Shown here: positions 20,527 through 29,404 of the stretch, piece by piece
Layout of the letters: the number at the start of each line of letters is the position of its first letter
Position numbering within the stretch: position 1 is the first letter of the stretch
From: Hormoscilla sp.
GTDB taxonomy: Bacteria; Cyanobacteriota; Cyanobacteriia; Cyanobacteriales; Desertifilaceae
Assembly: GCA_051439505.1 (NCBI GenBank)
Contig: JBFRWI010000033.1
Span: forward strand, 1 to 50,055
Reading direction: 5' to 3'
DNA length: 50,055 nt
The notes under the pieces: generated by a model
The model's database searches: none
The model's input: the letters and a program-made list of their open reading frames with translations, nothing else
What the model was told of the DNA's origin: nothing
Translations under genes and position numbers: made by a program

Positions 20527-20532
20527 GGGCCT

Positions 20533-20781
20533 TTAGGTAGGAATTAGTTCTCCGGGACGCAACCGCGCCCATTTCCCAGTCTCCTGCTTAAAGCTGAGAC
20601 AACCGACAACGTCCCATTCCATCTCAATCATATCTTCCTGTTGGCGGATATTGACGTTGATGGAGGGTTCGGTGGCTTCAAAATCTGGGGCCTCAGTTAG
20701 GTGGGGCTGTTGGTGCTGGGTTTCCACCGCATGATAGGTGATGCAGCGATCGACATAATGGCAGTTCACGCAAATACACAT
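20533..20781 (-). CDS. ycf34: Ycf34 family protein
   Basis: MCICVNC.YVDRC.TYH.VE.QH…EWDVVGC. Confidence 0.95.
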   Translation of the reverse strand: MCICVNCHYVDRCITYHAVETQHQQPHLTEAPDFEATEPSINVNIRQQEDMIEMEWDVVGCLSFKQETGKWARLRPGELIPT

Positions 20782-20900
20782 TTTCCCATTACTTCCATTA
20801 CAAGCTTTCTGCTAATCTAGCTTAAATTTGGGGCGATCGGGCCAGTTCCCCTCACTCATCCTTACAAGATTCTGTTGGCAAATCACGAGATATCTGCACT

Positions 20901-21545
20901 TCAGGAGTAGGGAGTGGAGAGAGGCAGAAATTCCTCTTCTGGTGCTCCCCGATCGGGTGCTCGCCGAACCTCCTTGTACTTATCCATTGAACTGACATAT
21001 ATCTTCAAGTTATTTCCTTCTTCTTGATAATCAATTGAGGCCACATCTATCTTCAATTTTTCTCCTTCATATTTGACGTTATAATCGATAATGAATCGTT
21101 GATATTCATTAAAAAATTGCTCCTTCAACCCGATCGTAAAATTTACCAACTCAACCATCTCTCCTAAATCCTCTTTGTCTTGCAGATGCACGATTTCCTT
21201 CAGAGATTCAGTAATCATTCTTTTTCGCTTGATTTGCTCGAAGAAAGAGCAGTTCCAAGCGAGAATCCCTAAATCTATTAGCTGTCCCTTTAGCCTGTCA
21301 AACTTCCCCCTCGTTAATGAAATCATTGGTTCGATAAACAAGAATATTATTTCCGAGGTTTGGTCTGGTCCGGGTGGCTCAATTACAACATTGGATGAAT
21401 TCAAACCACTTCCTTGTAACTCCTCGAACATATCCTTATATTCTGCTGGCATTTCTGAGAGAAACTTCTGAATCATCTCCGACTTGGCATCAGACTCATT
21501 AGCCACAGATTTGCGAAGTTTGCGGATTTTAGCTTTGCGTCCCAT
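20901..21545 (-). CDS. Hypothetical protein (paralogue of 21686-22219)
   Basis: AGGAG RBS; shared VIEPPG…SE..FI…L…AWN.S.F motif. Confidence 0.75.
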   Translation of the reverse strand: MGRKAKIRKLRKSVANESDAKSEMIQKFLSEMPAEYKDMFEELQGSGLNSSNVVIEPPGPDQTSEIIFLFIEPMISLTRGKFDRLKGQLIDLGILAWNCSFFEQIKRKRMITESLKEIVHLQDKEDLGEMVELVNFTIGLKEQFFNEYQRFIIDYNVKYEGEKLKIDVASIDYQEEGNNLKIYVSSMDKYKEVRRAPDRGAPEEEFLPLSTPYS

Positions 21546-21685
21546 TTGTGAATCTCCTGCTCTGCTGGATGCAGTCCTCTTTATATATTAACATATCGTA
21601 ATTGTCATTAGCCACCCTTGTTGATTAATTCTCAAGCAGTTACTGCCCGTCTCCGCCAGCTTCGCGATCGGCCCCCCCTACTAAC

Positions 21686-22219
21686 CTACCAAGATTGCTT
21701 TGAACTGACTAAGAGCGCAAAATCGTTTCCCGTATTTTTCAGTTCAAAGCCAATAATTTCTTGATGGTATTCACTAAACAATAGTTGTTTTCTTGAAATC
21801 ATATGATTCACCAGGTAAAAAAGACTTTCCGGTATATATATGTATTTGGGAAATTTTTCGGCAATTCTCGGCTCTTCAACGTATTTTCCCTCATCATAGG
21901 CAAACAAAGAAATGTTCCAAGCGATAACAGCTAGACTGATTAAATTTTCCAATGCTGTCTGAGAATCGACAAGTTCCATGTAAATTTGGATAAAGTCCGT
22001 CAGCACCTCTGACATTTTTACAGTTCCCGGTTGCTCGATGACAATATTCTCGGAAGAAACACCCCGTTGCTGTAACTGTTCTATGAGACCCTCATACTTT
22101 TCGAGAACCTCTTCCGACTTTTCCTTAACATTGGATATCTCCGAAGATAGATTTGGCAAATTTTCTGCTCTGGCCTTGACAGTTCTGCTAACTTGGCGTT
22201 TTTTAACTTTGCGTTCCAT
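21686..22219 (-). CDS. Hypothetical protein (paralogue of 20901-21545)
   Basis: AGGAG RBS; VIEQPG..KMSEVL.DFI…LAVIAWNISLF. Confidence 0.75.
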   Translation of the reverse strand: MERKVKKRQVSRTVKARAENLPNLSSEISNVKEKSEEVLEKYEGLIEQLQQRGVSSENIVIEQPGTVKMSEVLTDFIQIYMELVDSQTALENLISLAVIAWNISLFAYDEGKYVEEPRIAEKFPKYIYIPESLFYLVNHMISRKQLLFSEYHQEIIGFELKNTGNDFALLVSSKQSW

Positions 22220-22309
22220 TTGTGCATCTCCTATCTAGTAGCCGGTGATATTTAGAGATTAACCTGACCGTAATGTTATCATTATAGTATATGTTATCAT
22301 AGATTGGAT

Positions 22310-23599
22310 ATGCTCGATACTGCTGCACTCCTCGCGAGCGATACTGCTGCGCTCCTCGCGAGCGAACGGACGCTGAATGCCCTATCTCCGGAAACCTGGC
22401 CTTTTGGTCTCCAGTGGTTGCCCGCTGATGCTTATCTGGTAGGGGGTGCGGTGCGGGATGCCTTGCTTTCCAGACAGCGAGAGTACCTGGATCTGGATTT
22501 TGTGATGGCCGCTGATGCTGTCAAAACGGCCAAGCAGATCGCCAGTCACTATCAAGCTGGGTTTGTGGTCCTGGATGCTGACAGGCAAATTGCTAGGGTA
22601 GTGTTCGATCGCGTAACTTGTGATTTCGCCCAGCAAGAGGGGGAAACCCTGGTCGCTGACTTGGGACGCCGAGATTTTACTATAAATGCGATCGCCTACC
22701 ATCTGCAAAGGGGGGAACTGGTAGATCCTCTGGGAGGTGGCGCGGACTTGGAAGCAGGAATTATCCGGATGGTATCGCGCCAAAACCTGCAAGATGACCC
22801 TTTACGATTATTACGAGCATACCGTCAAGCTGCCCAGTTGGGTTTTGCGATCGAACCGGAAACAAGTTCTGCTATTGGGGAACTGGCGCCCTATATAAGA
22901 ACAGTAGCAGCAGAACGGGTACGAGTCGAGTTAGGCTATCTGCTGGATGATGCTGCTGGCACGATCGCATTGCAAGCTGCTTTTGCCAATGGTTTACTCG
23001 CCCCTTGGTTTCCGAGTGCGACAGCAGCGGGGTTGGCCAGAGTCGCCGCAGTCGATCGGGCTTTTGTCATTTTAGCAGAAAATTGGCCAGACTTAGGAGT
23101 AAAACTGCAAGCATCCCTGTTGGAGACGCAAAAAACTACTGGGTTGAGTATTGCCAAATTGGCGAGTCTGTTAAACCCCGATCCTCAGCAAGCGGCAGCG
23201 GAATTATTACGGTTAAAATACTCTCGTGTGGAACTGCGGGCCACCCTTGCGGCCCTGAAGAGTTTACCCCAACTGCAAGCAGGCCCCATGTCTTTGCGAG
23301 AACAATATTTCTTTTTTCAGAATGTCGGCGATGCGTTTCCTGCTGCTTGCGCGTTGGCCTTGGCCAGTGGAGTAGAGAAAGAGGCGATCTCTGGGGCGAT
23401 CGATCGCTATGGAGATCCGCAAGATCCTGCCGCCCATCCTACCGCCCTGGTGACGGGAACAGATTTAATGTCAGCATTAAATTTACCCAGGGGAAGACAA
23501 ATTGGTTTATTGTTGACGGAAATTCAGATCGCCCAGGTTGAGGGAAAGGTCTCCACCGCAGCAGAAGCTTTAGAATTCGCTGCCCAACTATTCGGTTAG
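22310..23599 (+). CDS. Class II tRNA nucleotidyltransferase, probably CC-adding type
   Basis: VGGAVRD, DLD, DL.RRDFTINA, DDPLRLLRAYR; very short segment between DFA and DL.RRDFT (flexible loop missing); 24-bp tandem duplication at the N-terminus. Confidence 0.9.
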   Translation: MLDTAALLASDTAALLASERTLNALSPETWPFGLQWLPADAYLVGGAVRDALLSRQREYLDLDFVMAADAVKTAKQIASHYQAGFVVLDADRQIARVVFDRVTCDFAQQEGETLVADLGRRDFTINAIAYHLQRGELVDPLGGGADLEAGIIRMVSRQNLQDDPLRLLRAYRQAAQLGFAIEPETSSAIGELAPYIRTVAAERVRVELGYLLDDAAGTIALQAAFANGLLAPWFPSATAAGLARVAAVDRAFVILAENWPDLGVKLQASLLETQKTTGLSIAKLASLLNPDPQQAAAELLRLKYSRVELRATLAALKSLPQLQAGPMSLREQYFFFQNVGDAFPAACALALASGVEKEAISGAIDRYGDPQDPAAHPTALVTGTDLMSALNLPRGRQIGLLLTEIQIAQVEGKVSTAAEALEFAAQLFG

Positions 23600-23600
23600 T

Positions 23601-23665
23601 CTTCGCTGTTAACCCGCCGGGGGTTCAAACCCCCGGCTAATAGCTTAAGTGGGTTAAAACCCACT
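23601..23665 (+). repeat. Double-hairpin dispersed repeat copy
   Basis: Matches 4952-5003 and the reverse copy at 49982-50055. Confidence 0.85.
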
Positions 23666-23707
23666 CTTAACGCCCTAAAGTCCTAGGATGCGATCGCGAA
23701 ATCATTT

Positions 23708-23908
23708 AAAAATGCGCAGGAGAGCGCTGCCACAGCGCTCTCCTTGTGGAGTCGTTGTGAGCGATGCGCGAGATTTACCTGACCCGGAGTTACGCAAAAA
23801 GCGCCTCAAAACCTTTGTTTGACCCAAATGGGGCGCTTTTTGCGCAGTCCGGGCCGGGCATCCCTGGTTTCGCTTGGGCTTGATTTTCAAAGCCCCTATC
23901 AACCTTCT
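23708..23908 (-). ncRNA. Candidate independently transcribed ~200-nt structured RNA
   Basis: Consensus promoter upstream, 5' hairpin, long rod (23759-23875), 12-bp perfect terminal hairpin (23718-23744) followed by a T-run. Confidence 0.6.
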
Positions 23909-23914
23909 GAATAA

Positions 23915-23943
23915 ACTATAACTAATTTTTCTAAGTTTGTCAA
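23915..23943 (-). promoter_or_regulatory. Sigma70-type promoter TTGACA-N17-TATAGT
   Basis: Plus strand reads ACTATA at 23915-23920 and TGTCAA at 23938-23943. Confidence 0.7.
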
Positions 23944-24068
23944 GGGTAATGGGAAATTTTTTTTCCTTCTCATGGGATATTTATTTTATCTTCATATCCC
24001 TCTTTTCCTGTCACACAGCCCTTTTGCGAGTGTGGTCATGCATCACCACACCCATTCACCATTTTCCA

Positions 24069-24989
24069 TTAACAACAATCATCGTAGCGTCCCAAGAGGC
24101 GATCGAGGGAAATTATTTTGCGATCGCCATTGAGAACTCCCCGGACCGTACTGCGCAAGCGTGCCAGTCCGGAACCCCCCAGGAGTCCGCTAGCGAGATT
24201 CTTGAGTTTCGAGATCGAGGTAAAGATTGATTCCGCAATATCTACTAACTGGGAAAGCAGGTTGAGAATGGCCTCGGCGTTAATGGCAATTCTGTACAGA
24301 ATCATGAGTAAAGTGCCGATCGCCTTCAGCACCTTCCCGATGATAGCAAATAGTTGGCGCAACCATGCGATGATGGGGAGTAGCAAAAAGATCAGTAGCA
24401 GCAAGACAACAGCGAAGGGGGCAAACAGCAGCAGGAAGGGTACTGCCCAAAAATATCGGATGGCGATGGTGCCTGCGATCAGTAATAATATACTTAAGAG
24501 TAGCAATCGACCCCTGATTTTTGGCTTCGGTTTGGCCGATCGCAACTTGTCCAGCTGCATGGCCCTGATTTCTTCTGGAGTCTTGCCGAAGTTTTTGATT
24601 CTGCCGATCAGGTAATTGATTCCAAAGATCAATCTACCCATCCCCGCGATTAACTGCTGTGAGGCCATTATTAGCAAACCAATGGCGATCGCGATGCTGC
24701 GCAACCAGGTAACGATCGGGAAAACCGAGACGAACAGAACTACTTCTGCTACCATGAGAATCGGAAACACCAGGGCCAGGGGTACTGCTAACAACCAGAC
24801 TAGGGCGATCGTCCCTGAGATCAGCAAAACCGTGCCCGCGATCAGGATTGTCCACCTGACCGGGTTCATCAAGCAAAATGGGTTAAGCGTCAGGACTGAT
24901 TTCCCTCTGGTAGCTAACTGCTTGGTAGTGGCGGGTTGACTATTAGGCCGAGAGGTTTGAGCAAGCATTATCATACTCCATGCTATCAT
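24069..24989 (-). CDS. Hypothetical integral membrane protein with internal duplication
   Basis: Two repeats of LLI.GTIA….AVP..L.F…….P(I/V)..WLR; start codon uncertain. Confidence 0.7.
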   Translation of the reverse strand: MIAWSMIMLAQTSRPNSQPATTKQLATRGKSVLTLNPFCLMNPVRWTILIAGTVLLISGTIALVWLLAVPLALVFPILMVAEVVLFVSVFPIVTWLRSIAIAIGLLIMASQQLIAGMGRLIFGINYLIGRIKNFGKTPEEIRAMQLDKLRSAKPKPKIRGRLLLLSILLLIAGTIAIRYFWAVPFLLLFAPFAVVLLLLIFLLLPIIAWLRQLFAIIGKVLKAIGTLLMILYRIAINAEAILNLLSQLVDIAESIFTSISKLKNLASGLLGGSGLARLRSTVRGVLNGDRKIISLDRLLGRYDDCC

Positions 24990-25189
24990 TAATTATGTAA
25001 TTTTTACCATCTGAATCTTGAAATTAAACGATTACTAATTGGAGGTTAGCTAGAGGCACTAAACCTCAACAATAGGTGCATTTTTCCCAATCTTTACTAT
25101 CTTGATTATGTCTCCGATAGCCACCCTATTGCCAACCCCATATATAAGGATGAATATCTATAAATCAGATTACCGTTGCAAGCAATTAT

Positions 25190-25624
25190 CTAGTAATATC
25201 CATCCTCCTCGAACTCATCATCCTCCTCATGCCAATCATCATCATCCTCCTCTAACTCATCATCATCCTCCTCTAAATCCTCATCCTCCTCCTCTACATA
25301 CTCATCATCATCTTCCTGTACATACCCTTCATTATCTTTCTCTACATACCCTTCATCATCTTCATCATCTTCATCATAATACTCCTCCTCCTCTTCATAC
25401 CACTCTTCAATATCTGGCAGTTTTGACTTCAACGCTTCTACTGCCAGTTCGATATCTTCTGTAACTTTCTCTTCTTTCTCTAGCTTTTTAATCTGTTTTT
25501 CTATTTGCAGGCAAAGTCTGTCTCGATCGGGGATATCCTCGGAGACTTCAGACTTGAGAAATTCAATCGTCTCAAACAGGAAACTAAGCATATCCAAGAA
25601 CCGATCGTCCATTTGATCGTCCAT
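25190..25624 (-). CDS. Hypothetical protein with an Asp/Glu-rich C-terminal half
   Basis: Helical N-terminal half then ~70 residues of D/E with periodic Tyr; ATG at 25624 assumed. Confidence 0.65.
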   Translation of the reverse strand: MDDQMDDRFLDMLSFLFETIEFLKSEVSEDIPDRDRLCLQIEKQIKKLEKEEKVTEDIELAVEALKSKLPDIEEWYEEEEEYYDEDDEDDEGYVEKDNEGYVQEDDDEYVEEEDEDLEEDDDELEEDDDDWHEEDDEFEEDGYY

Positions 25625-25672
25625 TTGGTAATCTTCTCTCTGAAAACAGCAGTTCAATGATTGCGCATTGCC

Positions 25673-25731
25673 AAGGGCTAATTGACAAGTGCTATAGGCG
25701 ATCTCTAGTCACTTGTCAATTGTGGGCCCTT
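25673..25731. terminator. Hairpin downstream of pcyA
   Basis: AATTGACAAGTG…CACTTGTCAATT perfect inverted repeat. Confidence 0.55.
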
Positions 25732-25745
25732 CACCATCCCCACAG

Positions 25746-26492
25746 CTAGGCCAGTTCTTCAACATAGTCAAATAGCACGGAAGTCATGTAGCGATCGGCC
25801 CATTCGGAACCAAAAGCCTTTTCCAGCACCCGGCGAGTCTTATCATTCTGCTGCTGCTGAGTGCAATAATAGCGCTGACTGGCGATGATTTCACTCTGTT
25901 GGGACGGGGACACCGGTTGGGCGATCGCCGCTTGCCGGCAATGAATATCCACAAAGGTCTCCACCTGCTGGAGAAACAGGGCCTCTTCGGCGGAGTCTGC
26001 GGGTCGGATAAACAAGCAAAAATCAGAGAAAATCTCTCCCCAGGGCGGCAGTTGACGGGGTTGGGAAAATTCTGGTTTCTCTGTGGCCTCCAGGGCCTGG
26101 CGATAGGAGTCGGGCAAAGTCCGGTTGGGACCGACAGGAGACAAGTCCGCGATCGCCGCACTAATTTGTCCCCGGGCCCCCACCAAGTCGCAGCCAAACA
26201 TGGGCAAATTGTAATTAGGGTGGGGAAACATGACGCAGTGCAAGATATCCAGGGTCTGGCCCACCTTCGCCAACTCCAGGTGGATCTTGCGGAACTGGGG
26301 GGTTTGATAGCAGCGATTTTCGATTACCAGTTTTTCTCCCTCCAAACGTCCCTCCACATAGCCCAAGTCATCCGGTAGATGGTAAGGACTCAGGGGCAGG
26401 TGCTTGCGCCAGACGCCCTCCAGACAGTCAGCTAGCTGGCGCATCAGAGGATGTTGTTGCTCTCGCAGGGAAGTGGTTAACGTTCGTGACAT
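25746..26492 (-). CDS. pcyA: Phycocyanobilin:ferredoxin oxidoreductase
   Basis: [50 protein letters not shown]. Confidence 0.97.
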   Translation of the reverse strand: MSRTLTTSLREQQHPLMRQLADCLEGVWRKHLPLSPYHLPDDLGYVEGRLEGEKLVIENRCYQTPQFRKIHLELAKVGQTLDILHCVMFPHPNYNLPMFGCDLVGARGQISAAIADLSPVGPNRTLPDSYRQALEATEKPEFSQPRQLPPWGEIFSDFCLFIRPADSAEEALFLQQVETFVDIHCRQAAIAQPVSPSQQSEIIASQRYYCTQQQQNDKTRRVLEKAFGSEWADRYMTSVLFDYVEELA

Positions 26493-26574
26493 CGCAAGAA
26501 ATGATTAAAATAGGTCAATCCAGCAGCTCCCGGATCTAGGATTAAGCATATCAGCTCAGTAGGATAGCAGAAAA

Positions 26575-27891
26575 ATGGTTAGCAGAGTTTTGGCCGATCG
26601 CTATGAGATATCCCAACAACTGGGCCGAAATGCTGGACGCCGCACCTTTCTGGCCCGCGACCTGCAAACGGAAGAACTGGTGGTGGTCAAGTTGCTGCTG
26701 TTTGGCGGCGACTTTCAATGGGACGACCTGAAGCTATTTGCACGGGAGGCCCAAACCCTACAATCTCTGGAACATCGGGCCATCCCGCGCTACCTGGACT
26801 ACTTTGAGTTCAATTCCCCCAAGGCCAAAGGCTTTGCCCTGGTACAGACCTATATCGAAGCCAAATCCTTGGAATCATATATTACTAGCGGACGGACCTT
26901 CAGCGAAAGCGAACTCAAACAGATCGCTTTCGCTATTCTGGAAATCCTCGCTTACCTGCACTCGCGCACTCCACCGGTCATCCACCGGGATATCAAACCT
27001 AGCAATATCCTGCTGGGCGATCGCGCGGGCAATAGCGTCGGTCAAGTTTACCTGGTCGATTTTGGCTCGGTGCAAACCCTGGCGGCCCGAGAAGGGGGGA
27101 CCATTACCGTGGTGGGAACTTACGGATATATGCCACCGGAACAATTTGGCGGACGGGCCGTACCCGCTTCCGACCTCTACAGCTTAGGCGCAACCTTAAT
27201 TTACCTGGCAACTGGCCAACATCCAGCTGATTTACCGCAACAGGATTTGCAGATCCAATTTGAACATCTCAGTCAACTCAGTCCGGCATTCACTAGCTGG
27301 TTGAAGTTGATGACCCAACCAAGTCTCGACGATCGCTTGACCAATGCTACAGAAGCATTGCAAGCTTTTGTAGGGCGATCGCCCACAGGCAATGCACGGC
27401 TAGTTTCCGTCAAACCCGCCCACAGCAATATCGTCCTGAGAAAAACCCCAGAGAAGCTAGAAATTTTTATTCCTGTAATTGGATCTAATTTCCTTGTTCA
27501 TTATTATTATATAGACAGCCAAATGTTTTGGTCAAATTTAGAAATATTTGGGCGAAAAATTAAATGCTCTGCGGTTAGAGAAGAAAAAGATATAATTATG
27601 CTGCAATACGTGAATGTAGAAGTTAATTTAGACATCAAGGACAATACAAAAACAAAACATAGATTGTTTTTGCGAACAAAAAGAATAATATGCCAGTTGA
27701 TAATTTGGGCGGGAACGAAGCAATATGAATTAGGTGGATGGCTACCAGGAGACCGCCTACGCCATCGACAAGAAAAACTGTGGCTCGCCCAAGAACTGAG
27801 TGACTGGTTAGGAATCCCCATTACTAGGATTGGTAAAGAGGAAGATTATCTCAAGCAAGAGGAGAGGGACAAATGGTTCGGAAAATCTTAA
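26575..27891 (+). CDS. Ser/Thr protein kinase
   Basis: HRDIKPSNIL, DFG, GTYGYMPPEQ; C-terminal WLA.ELSDWLGIPITR. Confidence 0.95.
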   Translation: MVSRVLADRYEISQQLGRNAGRRTFLARDLQTEELVVVKLLLFGGDFQWDDLKLFAREAQTLQSLEHRAIPRYLDYFEFNSPKAKGFALVQTYIEAKSLESYITSGRTFSESELKQIAFAILEILAYLHSRTPPVIHRDIKPSNILLGDRAGNSVGQVYLVDFGSVQTLAAREGGTITVVGTYGYMPPEQFGGRAVPASDLYSLGATLIYLATGQHPADLPQQDLQIQFEHLSQLSPAFTSWLKLMTQPSLDDRLTNATEALQAFVGRSPTGNARLVSVKPAHSNIVLRKTPEKLEIFIPVIGSNFLVHYYYIDSQMFWSNLEIFGRKIKCSAVREEKDIIMLQYVNVEVNLDIKDNTKTKHRLFLRTKRIICQLIIWAGTKQYELGGWLPGDRLRHRQEKLWLAQELSDWLGIPITRIGKEEDYLKQEERDKWFGKS

Positions 27892-29317
27892 GAGAACGCT
27901 ATTGCTTAGAGCAAAAACTCGGCAAAAATACAGGTCGTCAGACATTCTTAGCCCGCGACCTCACCAATAATCAATTAGTAGTGATTAAATTACTCAGGTT
28001 TGGCAGCGATTTTCAATGGTCAGACCTGAAGCTGTTTGAACGAGAAGCTCAAACCCTGCAAAACCTCGATAGTCCTGCTATCCCTCGCTATCTGGACTAC
28101 TTCGAGCTTAATTCACCCAAGGTCAAAGGATTTGCCCTGGTGCAAACTTATATCGAAGCCAAATCCTTAGAAACACAGCTGCAAGGGGGACGGACTTTCA
28201 GCGAAAGCGAACTCAAGCAAATTGCCAAAGCAGTTCTGGAAATTCTCATTTACCTACACCAACATCAGCCACCCGTCATCCACCGCGACATCAAGCCTAG
28301 TAATATCTTATTAACCAATCGTTCTGGTAACCGAGTGGGAGAAGTTTACCTAGTCGATTTTGGTTCGGTGCAAACCCTGGCCGCTCAACAAGGTGGCACA
28401 ATTACAGTCGTGGGGACTTACGGATATATGCCACCCGAACAATTTGGCGGACGGGCCGTACCCGCTTCCGACCTCTACAGCTTAGGCGCGACCTTAATTT
28501 ACCTGGCAACGGGCAGACATCCGGCAGATTTACCGCAGCAACGGTTACGCATACAATTTGAACAGTTCGCGAATTTAGAGCCTGCCTTTACCAGTTGGCT
28601 GAAATGGATGACGCAACCGAGTTTAGACAAGCGTTTGGCTTCTGCAACTGAAGCACTGCAAGCTATAGAAGCAGAACGCATGCTGGAGCCTATACCCATC
28701 GTTCCCAAGAAACCGGCAGGCAGCAATGTGGTGTTGAAAAAATATTCTGAAACTCTGGAAATTACGTTTCTACCACAACTAAAAGCTAATGATTTTTTAG
28801 TGACAGTAGACGCTTTATTGTTCGCGGGATTATCATATTTATTGATTCTTCTGTGTGGACCAATATGGACACTAATATTTGTTTTAAAATTCACTGCTAG
28901 CGAACCATTACTTCAAACGGGTTTAGCTATAATAATAATAATTCCTCTTTTATATCCAATATTGGAAACATTTTTATTAATTATCAACATTATGGCAGCA
29001 AAAAGATTATTATTAAGGGACGAAAAATATTGACGCTATTCCAGATTTTTGGATGCAAATCTCAGCGTCAGACGGAGATAGCAAACGGCATTGATAAGCT
29101 TGAATATATGCAGCGTTCCTTTATACAACAGTCAAAGAATAGCCAAGCTATTGTGGGAACTGACCCCAAGATAATCCTTTGGGTCGGGAAGCAGAAATAT
29201 GAACTTAGCCACAGTCATAACAGCAAGCTTACAGATCCGGAACTAGAATGGCTAGCCTATGAAGTGAGTCAGTGGTTGGAAATTCCCATTACGAGAACTA
29301 CTTCACAGGATAAATAG
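27873..29317 (+). pseudogene. Ser/Thr protein kinase paralogue split by a single-base frameshift (ORFs 27873-29033 and 29030-29317)
   Basis: Kinase domain intact; downstream ORF carries the tail homologous to kinase 1 (IILW.G.QKYEL…WLA.EVS.WL.IPITR); one extra A in the A5 run at 29023-29027 joins them. Confidence 0.75.
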
Positions 29318-29404
29318 ATTATGTTGGGACCCGAATGAGCGAAAAACGATATCGCCCTTCCACCCGTACTGGCAGCATCAGGATCCGGAGTGCGCCAAGT
29401 TAAC

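Noticed and set aside
23702..23902. 66-aa ORF
   Set aside because: TTG start with no RBS about 6 nt from the predicted TSS; runs through strong hairpins; ncRNA is the better explanation
25102..25464. His/Pro-rich 120-aa ORF (metal-binding look)
   Set aside because: Antisense reading of the GAN-rich acidic gene
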